Shown piece after piece: positions 54,493 to 64,000 of a stretch of 64,000 bases of DNA; within the stretch, counting starts at the first letter, position 1; the number at the start of each line of letters is the position of its first letter. A program made the position numbers and the translations under genes. Origin of the DNA: Terriglobia bacterium (GTDB lineage Bacteria; Acidobacteriota; Terriglobia; 2-12-FULL-54-10); contig CAXVYR010000003.1 of assembly GCA_963666975.2 (NCBI GenBank), positions 832,001-896,000 on the forward strand. Reading direction: 5' to 3'. The notes beneath the pieces were generated by a model. That model ran no database searches. It was not told the DNA's origin and saw only the letters and a program-made list of their open reading frames with translations.

Positions 54493-56663
54493 TTAGTAAT
54501 CGGGGTCTTTGAAACCCACCCTCCCCCCAATTACTGTCATCAGTGTCTTAATATTCATTATTTCGGCTTCGGGAATCGTGAAGTAGTCCCTATCCAACAC
54601 GATAAAGTCGGCGAGCTTGCCCCGCTCCAATGATCCCAGTTTATCCCAACGGAGCAGGTACTTTGCGCCTTCGTTGGTCCAGCCTCGCAACGCCGTAATG
54701 CGGTCGATTCTTTCCTCCGGGACCCATACCCTTCCGTTCAGTTCCCGCGTCACCCACCAGCCCACCCACGGCCAAATGGAATCGCGATAGGGAAATCCCT
54801 GCGCTAAGTCGTTCCAAAACCGCTCCCCTTTGCCCGGAAGCGTACCGACGTGAGTATCAGTTGAAAAAACTACTCGGGCGCCCGCGTCGATTAGACTTTT
54901 AAGTGGTCCCCTCCACTTCAAATAGTCTGGGCCCCACAGATTCTCAACGTCCTCCCATCCCGCAAGCCCCGCTGATCGTGAGTAATGGCACGGTTGAAAA
55001 TTCAACCAAAATCCGTATTTCACTAAGTTGGGAATTTGATCTGGCCGAATCCACATATTGTGAGCAAAGCTCCATCCGGGATCGCGAATGTTCTCAAGGG
55101 TGGTTGCTCCTGAAAGAATCAACTCATCCGCAAGAGCAAAAGCCCGCTCGTAAAGGAGGTCTCCCGTCAGACCGTGCAGCTCGGCCAGACGCAAGCCCGC
55201 TTTTGCCGCAGCCAAATGGCCTTGGTAGCTCACCGACTCTCTCGGAATGCACAGATTGTACCTTAACCGATCTTCTACCTGCTGGGCCGTCTCATTCTTT
55301 CGCTTGGCGGATAGGCAATCTCCAAATGCATCCCAAATCTCCCAGCCAACTCCAAAGTTCCACAGATAGTCGCTGCCTTGGCCAGCAAAATTGCCAAGAA
55401 GACGATAGAATTCCGCCGGATCCTTGCCAAAAAATCCAGTTTCGTGTGTCCAGGCAACGCGCTGCGGCAGGGTACCCTTCCGGTCCATCATGTTGAAAGC
55501 ATTGAAGACTTCCACGTTCATTTCACCGTGCGTCGCAACCGTAGTAACACCATACTCGACAAATTCCCTCATTTCACGGCTTATCAGGTCGGCCGCCTTT
55601 TCAGTCTGCCCAGCCAGAATAATGCCGTAAGTGGTGTCGTATTCCACACGAACGCTCGTCTGCTCATAACCCAGCTTCTCAATCATGATTTCTTTCGCCT
55701 TGGTGTTGCCGAAAGCTCGGCAACACCCCGATATCACGACGACTGGTGTGTCGGGCGCGATCTCGTCCATGATGCTGCGGGTGATACCGCCAGGAGCTGG
55801 TGTATAGTCTTCGTTTTGGGGGAGCAGTTGGGTTTCGAACTTGTGCGGCACAATGGTGTAGATCCACTTGTCCTCTCCCCGTTGCTGGATGCGCGCTTTC
55901 AATGCCGACGCGTAGTTCTCCACTACCTCCTCTGGAGTCTCCCCATCCACATACACGGGCTCCAATTGTGGGTCAATGTCTCCCCCATGATGCCACAAGG
56001 CCCACATCTGAGGGTGTGTGTGCACATCAATCAGACCGGGCGTCACCGTCCGGCCTTTTAGGTCAATCAATTGTGTTTGTGGTCCAGCCGATTCTTTGAT
56101 CTCCTGGTCGGTCCCGAGCCTCCAAATCTTGTCGTCCCGAATAGCCATGGCTTGATAAAAGGTCAGGTTCTGGTCCATCGTGGCGATCTTCCCGTTGTAC
56201 ATCAATCAGGGTGGGATTCTTCGGACGGCTAACTTCGGCTCTAATTGACGTGTCCCTCCAACTGTTGGCGCGGCCATGCCAGCGCACCTCTTCGCCTTCC
56301 CGGGATTGCTGCCGTCAGATCTCCCCGTGAGCTATCTTGATCCACGGCGGCAACAGCGCTTTATTGGCACAGCCAAAACACCGGAATCGCCAGTCAGCGA
56401 CCGACTTCGAAGCATGTATGGGACACCCTTTGAAAGCCCATCCACTTGGTAAACGGATGGAATTTCTTCATGGTATGGCCCTCCTTGATAAAAGGTCAGG
56501 TTCTGGTCCATCGTGGCGATCTTCCCGTTGTACACAATCAGGGTGGGATAGACGGCTAACTTCTCTAAGATGGACGGGGATTGCGCCGTCAGACTCCCCA
56601 AGGACAGCCAAAACACCGGAATCAGTAGCAGACAAGTGAAAGCCGTGGTTGGAATTTCTTCAT
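54493..56663 (-). CDS. Secreted amidohydrolase-3, paralog E (5' end duplicated/garbled; intact ORF 54493-56205)
   Basis: Close paralog of C; GGAGG plus ATG AAG AAA at 56663 and again at 56471. Confidence 0.78.
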
Positions 56664-56794
56664 GGTATGGCCCTCCTCCATTATTTTGGGAAACAGGTTC
56701 CTCTGCGATTAGCGAAAAAGGATAAACTTCCCGAAGATAAATCTTCGGGAAGTTTAAAAGGTTTCGGTGCACAATCGGATCTTCGGCACTGGAG

Positions 56795-59700
56795 CTAGAA
56801 GATGAACTTCAACCCGAACTGGATCTGGCGTGAGGTATTGCTCGTTGTGGACACTCGTCCTGCTGTCGGATTTACACCTGAAGTGGCAGATGTAAAGACG
56901 TTGGGGTCTGGTTCGAAAAAGTTCGGGTGGTTCAAGATATTGAAGAATTCCGCCCGAAACTGTAGGTTTTTGCTCTCCCCCCAAAGGGTGTTCTTTACCA
57001 GCGAGAAGTCAAAGTTGGTCAATCCTGGCCCGATGATCGTGTTGCGCCCCGCGTTCCCAAAATAGCCCTCAGGCTGCAGCTCAAAAGCACTCGGATCAAA
57101 CCACTGGGCTGGATCGCCCAGGACCGGATTATTGCTCCTACCCGGCTTCAAATCGGGTCGGACCGCGTTGATGGTACCCGCCCACAGACCGGCAGCCCGG
57201 TCAAAGAACAGAGTGGCTGAAGTCGGCAGACCGGAATTCAGCGTGACAATTCCGGAAATATCCCACCCGCCGAGCAGTTTCCCCGCCACCCCTGTCAAAT
57301 TTCGACCCATGGGCAGCTCATAGGAGTAAGTGGCGTTGAAAACATGCGGTCGTTGAAAATCTGACAGGCCGCGTTCGCAAATCCGGCAATCTGTATTCTG
57401 AATATCCTGCTTTCGGTTTCCACCCGATTCCCCAATCCGGACGCTGGAGAAATCGTCAATGGACTTGGACCATGTGTAGTTGAGCGTCAGCATGAAACCG
57501 CGGCGCAACCTCTTGTTTAGAGACATCTGCAAAGACTGGTAGTTGGAATTGGCCTCAAAGAACCGCAGCCCGAGCTGGTCAAAGTTGGGATTGCGGCGTG
57601 TGCGAAAACTTCCCTCCTGGATGCCCCACCTTCCATCCGGCAATATGGTAGTTGGAGCGTAATTCGCATCTCGCCCCATCCCCAGGTGGCGACCCATAGA
57701 GCTTACGTAACCAATCTGGAAAGCCATTTCACCCGGCAATTGCCGCTGGATGTTCAGGTTATATTGCATCACACTGGGAGATGCGGTGGTATTGTAATCG
57801 CTCGGTTCGTCTATTCCAGCCAGCGACCTGGTCGGTTGGAATTCCGCCCACAAAAGGTTGTGGGAAGGGAGGGAAAAACTTACGAACACTGTGTAACTGC
57901 GGTGGCGCGTCTACCCAGAAGGTATAGATATGCGCCAGCATGGGTTCATAATATGCGCCAGCATGGGTTCATAAGATATACCAAACCCGCCTCGCACGGC
58001 TGTTTTTCCGTTGCCTGAAACGTCCCAGGCGAATCCAAACCGCGGAGCGATGTTTCTGAGCGTGGGATTGTTGCGGAAGGGTCTCCTCACCAAACTCCAG
58101 TCGGTGTCGTTCACCGGATCCGCCGCTACGCCGAACTGCCCATCATTACGTTTATTGGCGTTCGTTGCGTTAGTCTGGAATTCGTACCGCAGCCCTAGGT
58201 TCAAGGTGAGCCTGGAGTTCACCCGCCAATCATCCTGGAGGTAGAAGGCAGATAACCACTGGCGCCAATAAGCACTAGGGTCAGACCCCGGCGTGGCGCC
58301 AAGAAATAGCAGCGGCTTCGCCTCGAGAAAAGGATCCATATGCGTAAATATGTGAAATCCGGTGACCTGATATTCGTAAAAGAAGAAGTCTCGGAACCGC
58401 TCGAGGAGCCCCCCGAATTTGAGGGTATGTGAGCCTCGGTTTAAAGTAACATCGTCACTGAACTGGAAGGAATTTCGAAGAGTGACGCTGTTATTGGCCC
58501 AAGACCCCGTTCCCAGGGGACTTAAACCTCCTACAGAGAGATAGCCAATCCGCTTGTAGCTCGGAACAAACCGCATGAACTCTGGTTCTTCCGCAGAAAG
58601 TCCCACATGTCCAGTGCGCGTGTAACCAACCCGCACAGTATTCAGGAATTGCGGGGAGACAATAGCTGTCCATTGCAGAGTTGAGAAGTAGCTACCGCTG
58701 TTGGCGGATTTCGGGAAGCCAACAGTCTTTGCTGAATTAAACGGGGCCGTCGTGACCGCCCGGTCTTGGGTGTAGCGGCCGAATAGGCTGTGTTTTTCGG
58801 AGATTTGATGGTCAATCCGGACTTGCCAAAAATTCTGAGTGGTAGGTTGAGTTGCCGTACTCACGTGCTCTTGGATACCACCCCCGAGCAAAGGTCCATT
58901 CGGTTCCGCCGGATACAGATCTAGGAAGGGCTGAATCGCTGGACTCACGGTTACTGTTCTCCCTGGCAGAATCCCCTGCCGGGCCTCTTTCGAAGGTATA
59001 AAGCCCACGCTGGTTACTCCAAAGCGATCTCGTAAGCCCTCATAGACACCAAAGAAAAAGGTCCTGTCGGGCACGAGCGGCCCGCCTATCGAAGCGCCGA
59101 ATTGATTCCGCTTGAAGGGTGGGATAGGATCCTCTCCCCTATCGAAGAAGTTCTTCGCGTCCAGAGCGCTGTTCCGCAGGAACTCGAAAACGGATCCATG
59201 TATCGTGTTGGTCCCACTCCGTGTGGCCACATTGATGATCGCCCCGTTGGTTCTTCCATATTCGGCACTGTAGTTATTCGTCAACAGCCGAAACTCCCGA
59301 ATGGAATCCACTCCGAGATTTCGGCCTCCCACGCCGGAGCCGGCACGATAGAAGAAACTATTTATACTGGTGCCGTCTAACAGCGTGATGCTCTGGGTCG
59401 GCCGCGAACCGGCCGCCGAGAACCACATTGTAGATTGGGCGAAACCAGGAATACTCTGATCGCCGCCTGTTGCGTTAGGCCGGGCCAAAAACACGCCCGG
59501 TTGCAGCAGAACCAACTGATCGAAACTACGGCCATTCAGCGGGATGTCTCGAATGGTTGTTCCTTCTACCAACGCAGTGACAGCAGAGCTAGTTGTCTCA
59601 ACTATGGGGGCCTCCCCGGTCACCGTAACCGTTTCTGCCACGGCCCCTACCTGCAGAGTAAAATCCACCATCGCTTCCTGCCCCACCGCCAGCGTGATAC

Positions 59701-59983
59701 CAGTGCGCACCACGGTTCGGAAACCTGCGGACTCGGCTCTCACTTCATAACCGCCTAGCCCTATCTGGAGAGTCGTGTATCGACCCTCGCTACTCGTAGT
59801 GACTATCCGTTCGATTCCTGTTTCCAGGCTTCTGGCTGTCACCATTGCTCCGGGAATGACAGCTCCTGTCGAATCGGAGACGGTCCCACTGATCGTTCCA
59901 CCTGTACCTTGCCCCAGAACCTTACTGCCTGTAAGCACGATCAACACCACCACTAACCCCACACCCAAGAGTAGCTTAACCAT
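56795..59983 (-). CDS. TonB-dependent receptor, Oar-like (carboxypeptidase-regulatory N-domain); frameshifted near 57830-57970
   Basis: ISGTVSDSTGAVIPGA, IPLNGRSF, YSAEYG, YLQDDWRV..LTLNLGLRYE, APRFGFAWD, C-terminal RQIQFGLKFIF. Confidence 0.88.
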
Positions 59984-60145
59984 TGTTCCCTCCATATCTT
60001 AGGAAATTTTCTGCCCAGTCGGCGCCCCGCCTAACGATTAAGCCGGAATTCCCATTTTGGGTTCCCGAGTGGCTGTCAGTATGCACCCGGGAAAACCACC
60101 ACAAACTTCTAGGGGAATCAGCGTGTTCGGTATTCCCGAAAACAA

Positions 60146-61592
60146 GAGGGTGTCCCATACATAGTTGAAGGTTGAACGGCGGTTCGGCCCGAATCGAATA
60201 GAATCGGGCCAAGCCTAAAGTCCTATAGAAGGAGAACCGCCGAATGAAGGGAAAATATCACGTTTTGGAACTGGGTTCCAAGGGAGCCGAAGAAACCATC
60301 CAGAAGTTTTGCCAAACCAACGGACAGATGCTGTTGCCGGTGGTGGATCTGATCACGGAGGCGCGTCTGGCGGTGGATGAGGTGATTGATCGGGCCGGGC
60401 GAGGTTTGATTGAAACGATTCTGAGCATGAGCGCAGAGCAAATCGCGGGGCCAAAGAGTCCCGGGAAGGCGAGCGGAGAGGTGCGCTGGCATGGCCGGCA
60501 ATTGGGGAGGGTGAAACTGGCCGATCGCCAGCTGCGGGTGGAGCGGCCCCGGCTGCGCCGGAAGGGCGGAGGGGAAGAAGCGGTGCCGGCCTACGAAGCG
60601 CTGCGGAAAAGCGAGAAGACGGGCGAGGAGATGTTCGAGGCACTGTTGAAAGGGGTTTCGACGCGGAACTACCGCGAGGTGATCCCGGAGATGGCCAACA
60701 GCGCTGGGGTGTCGAAGTCTCAGGTGAGCCGGGAAGCGGCCGAGCAAGGAGCGCGGCGGCTGGAAGAACTGTTGGCGCGGCGCTGGGAGGAGGTCGAGAT
60801 TCTGGTGATTTACCTGGACGGAATGCGGTTCGGCTCCCACCACGTCATCAGCGCCGTGGGCGTGGACAGCGAGGGCCGCAAGCATGTGCTGGGGATTCAA
60901 CTGGGCGCGACCGAAAACGCCGCTGCGGTGAAAGACCTTCTCACCCGCCTGCGCCAGCAAGGTCTGCGCACGGATCAGCGCTATCTGTTTGTGATCGACG
61001 GCGCCAAAGCGCTCCGCGCGGGGATCGAGGAAGTATTCGGCAGCAATCAGCTGGTGCAGCGTTGCCGTACTCATAAGCTGCGCAACGTGGCTGAGCGGTT
61101 ACCAAAGGGCGACAAAATGCTGGCGAATCAGGTGCGGTCGCTGATGCGCGCCGCCTGGCGATTGCCCCAAGCCGAGGAAGGCATCGTGCGCATAAAAAAG
61201 CTCGCTGGGATGATCGAGTGCGATCATCCGGCAGCAGCCGCCAGCTTGCGCGAAGGGTTGGAGGAGACCTTTACGATCAATCGAGCCGACGTTCCTCCCA
61301 GCCTCCACCGCTGCCTGGCAACCACGAACCTCATCGAGAGCCCGCAGTCGGGCGTGCGGAAAAAGACTGGCAATGTTTGCCGCTGGCGCGACGGCGAGAT
61401 GACGTTGCGCTGGGTGGCAGGAGCGTTTCTGCTGACCGAGAAGAATTTCCGGAAGATCATGGGTTATCACGATCTCTGGGCTTTGGCATCGATTCTCGGC
61501 CGAAGTCCAAACGCTGCTTCCTCTCACAAGGAGAAAGTGGCGTAATATGAACTCAACCCGCCGTCCCAACCTGCAACTGAGTTTGGGACACC
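60146..61592 (+). mobile_element. IS256-family element copy 3 (transposase 60244-61545)
   Basis: Same IRs and transposase; flank GAAAACAA recurs on both sides (60138-60145, ~61615-61622). Confidence 0.9.
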
Positions 61593-61647
61593 GAGTGGCT
61601 GTCAGTATGCACCCGAAAACAAAAAGCCGACTTACCACTGATGGCTG

Positions 61648-61701
61648 TTAGCGATGCCACCTGCGACGAGTCGGCTCTTTTTGTTTTTGTCGGGGCTTCA
61701 T
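61648..61701 (-). CDS. Candidate 17-aa leader peptide MKPRQKQKEPTRRRWHR
   Basis: GGAGG RBS; overlaps the 5' arm of a hairpin followed by a U-tract. Confidence 0.35.
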   Translation of the reverse strand: MKPRQKQKEPTRRRWHR

Positions 61702-61867
61702 TTCGTGCCCCCTCCCGACTTTTACCCCTCTCTTACGCGGGGCTAGGTCGCGAACAAGATTTCGTTACCCGGTTTACGTTCCGAGCGAAACTTGGGCCTT
61801 GCCTCTGGTGAATTTGCGGTTGGACAACTGAGAGCGAAACCGCGACTCAGAGAGGCTAACTGCGGGG

Positions 61868-61896
61868 ATTCTGCTCCCTCCGGAGGAGGCTGTCAA
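61868..61896 (-). promoter_or_regulatory. Sigma70-like promoter facing the receptor-amidohydrolase operon
   Basis: TTGACA-17 nt-CAGAAT on the minus strand. Confidence 0.55.
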
Positions 61897-61912
61897 GGAC
61901 TTTTTAGGAAGG

Positions 61913-63331
61913 TGTCGTTAGCACATGATATGTCCGGTGGAAATAGCAAGTGAAGTGTCCGCTTTGAAGGCGGTCTAGGGTAAGAGCATCTATCCAGGAG
62001 GTGGAGATGGAGTCATACCCGAGGGCCGCGATGGAGCGGGCAATGAAGATACAAGAAGTAATCTTGCGAGCGATAGGGAAGCGGATCAACTGGTGGCAGG
62101 CAGCCGAGATCATCGGGATCAGCGACCGGCAGATGCGGCGGTGGCGCAGCCGGTAGGAGCAGTACGGCTACGAGGGGCTGTTTGACCGGCGGCGGGGAAA
62201 GCCGAGTCCGCGGCGGGTACCCCTGAGGACGGTGGAGAAGGTGCTGGGGCTGTATCAGGAGAAGTACTTTGACTTCAACGTGCGGCACTTTCACGAGAAG
62301 CTGCGGGAGGAGCACGGCCTCCGGCTGAGCTATACGTGGGTGAAGCTGGCGTTGCAGGGGGCGGGGTTGGTAAACAAGAGGCGGAAGCGGGGCGTGCACC
62401 GCCAGCGGCGGCCCCGGCGGCCGTTGCCGGGGATGCTGCTGCATCTGGATGGGAGCCAACATCAGTGGTTTGTCGATGATCGCTGGTATGACCTGCTGGT
62501 GGTTCTGGATGATGCCAGCAGCGAGATTTACTATGCGCAACTGGTGGAGCAGGAATCGACGCGGACGGTGCTGGCTGCCCTGCGGGAGGTGGTCGAGCAA
62601 CAGGGGGTCTTTTGCGCCCTTTATAGCGACCGGGCCAGTCATTTCTTCCTGACCCGGAAGGCGGGCGAGCCGGTGGATCGGCAACGGCCGACCCAGGTGG
62701 GCCGTGCACTGCGGGAGCTGGGCATTCAGATGATTCCGGCCTACTCGCCGCAGGCGCGAGGACGTGGCGAGCGGAATTTCGGGACCTGGCAAGGGCGGCT
62801 ACCACAAGAGTTGCGCCTGCGGGAGATTACTACGGTCGAGGCAGCGGATGGGTTCCTGCGGGAGGGCTATATCGGGGAGTTCAATCGGCGCTTTGCCGTG
62901 CCGACCGCCCAACCGGGCAGCGCCTTTTTGCCGCCAGCCAGACGGGAGTTAGACCGCATCTTCTCGATCCAGCACGAACGGGTGGTGAATCGGGACAATA
63001 CGGTCAGTCTGGAGAACCGCCTCCTCCAGATCGAGAAAACTCCTTGGCGCTGGACTCTGGCGGACTGCCGGGTGACCGTCTATGAACACCTGGATGGGAC
63101 GTTGAGCATTGGCTATGGAGCGCATACGGTGGGCCGCTACTCCTCCGAGGGGGTGGCAATCCGGTGCGGCGCTCGGCGGCGGAGCCCCGTGGCTTCCCGA
63201 CAACACCATTTGGCGCTCACCTCCGTCGCCCTACGGGCTCCTTCGGTCAGCGCCAAACCACTTTCGGTAGAATCATGAAACCGGACATTTCACTTGCTAC
63301 AAATACCGGACAGTTTAACTTGCTAACAACA
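61913..63331 (+). mobile_element. IS1202/ISNCY-type element; transposase 62007-63278 with in-frame TAG at 62154
   Basis: Long TGT..ACA IRs with repeated tagcaagt...tgtccg submotifs; LDGSQHQW, DDASS, YSDR, AYSPQARGRGER. Confidence 0.85.
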
Positions 63332-63737
63332 AGTGCGGCTGGGAGCCGGTGGGACAGTCTAGGAGAAAACCTTGCCCGGAGGGCTCCACTGGGGGCAAAC
63401 GGGTGTATATTCGTTACCGTCGGGAGGCCAAAAAGTTTATTCCGGGTAAGATGCTGCCCGGAAAGCCAGTTCTTTTCTGGGGTGAACCGCTTCCAGTGGC
63501 GGGACTGGAAGTTTTCCTTCCGGATAGCCCTGCTTTCATCATGAATGCCATCAGTATCGCAAATTGATCCCGACAGGACAATGATGCAGATACATCATTT
63601 TCAGAATGGCTGCCTTCCAGGTGTTCCTGTTTGCGCTGGAAGGGCTCGGTTGGAGGCTGATGGGTGTATACTCGCAACCGACGGAGGGTCAAAAAACTAA
63701 TTCCAGCTTATAGCTATAACTGAAAGGAGTCCAATCG

Positions 63738-64000
63738 ATGAAGCGAAGCCAAACAAAAAAGACATTCTATTCGTTAATCCTGTTTTGTTTCCTGACCGGG
63801 GCTGGGGCGGTTCCGGTTTCGCAGGCTCAATCACCGGAGATCTCCATGCTGGAGCAACTAGCCGTTTACCCCACCCTGATTGTCTACAACGGGAAGATTG
63901 CCACCATGGACCAGAACCTAACTTTTTTCCAAGCCATGGCGATTCGGGACGACAAGGTTTGGAGGTTAGGGACAGACCTAGAGATCAGAGAATTGGCCGG
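63738..64000 (+). CDS. Secreted amidohydrolase-3, paralog F (runs off window end)
   Basis: AGGAG RBS; MKRSQ..SQAQSP..LAVYPTLIVYNGKIATMDQNLTFFQAMAIRDDKVWRLG; not in the ORF track. Confidence 0.85.
   Translation, partial: MKRSQTKKTFYSLILFCFLTGAGAVPVSQAQSPEISMLEQLAVYPTLIVYNGKIATMDQNLTFFQAMAIRDDKVWRLGTDLEIRELA

Larger units (their letters stand above)
30707..64000. mobile_element. Genomic island integrated at the tmRNA 3' end (extends beyond window)
   Basis: Integrase abuts tmRNA; loss of core genes; dense IS elements and pseudogenes; visibly more AT-rich cargo; second att not found in window. Confidence 0.8.

Noticed and set aside
50461-56205. Diversity-generating retroelement template/variable repeat pair
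   Set aside because: Similarity spans whole genes, differences are not evidently adenine-specific, and there is no reverse transcriptase in the window
59996-60145. Cobalamin riboswitch before the receptor
   Set aside because: Only a gccact..gggaa fragment; the conserved core could not be assembled
61880-61912. Xer/dif site or long TSD beside the IS1202-type element
   Set aside because: No dif-like arms or flanking duplication recognisable
62154-62156. In-frame TAG as pyrrolysine or readthrough
   Set aside because: Context R*EQYG fits a Tyr-to-stop point change or error in a transposase; no pyl genes seen

Overview
Bacterial chromosome, most consistent with Acidobacteriota; the lineage is inferred from a Solibacter-type C-terminal domain remnant, an Oar-like TonB-dependent receptor and the REP types. 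1-30.7 kb is GC-rich core genome: rpsU, mtaB, acpS, pgeF, rlmN, M16 peptidase, purB, larB, UbiA prenyltransferase, glycosyltransferases, efp, ctpA, nadE, rdgB and slt, ending in tmRNA (30356-30706). A genomic island starts directly after tmRNA and runs past the window end. It carries a tyrosine integrase, three near-identical IS256 copies, IS3, IS6 and IS1202-type elements, MITEs, a copper-handling cluster and an IS-disrupted MmeI-like methyltransferase. The most notable cargo is six signal-peptide-bearing, divergent YtcJ-like amidohydrolase paralogs. Four lie in tandem behind a TonB-dependent receptor, and upstream are a sigma70 promoter and a candidate leader-peptide attenuator. Many frameshifts and short duplications look like long-read or polishing artefacts, or mixed alleles. 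All calls come from motif recognition by eye; no database search was run.
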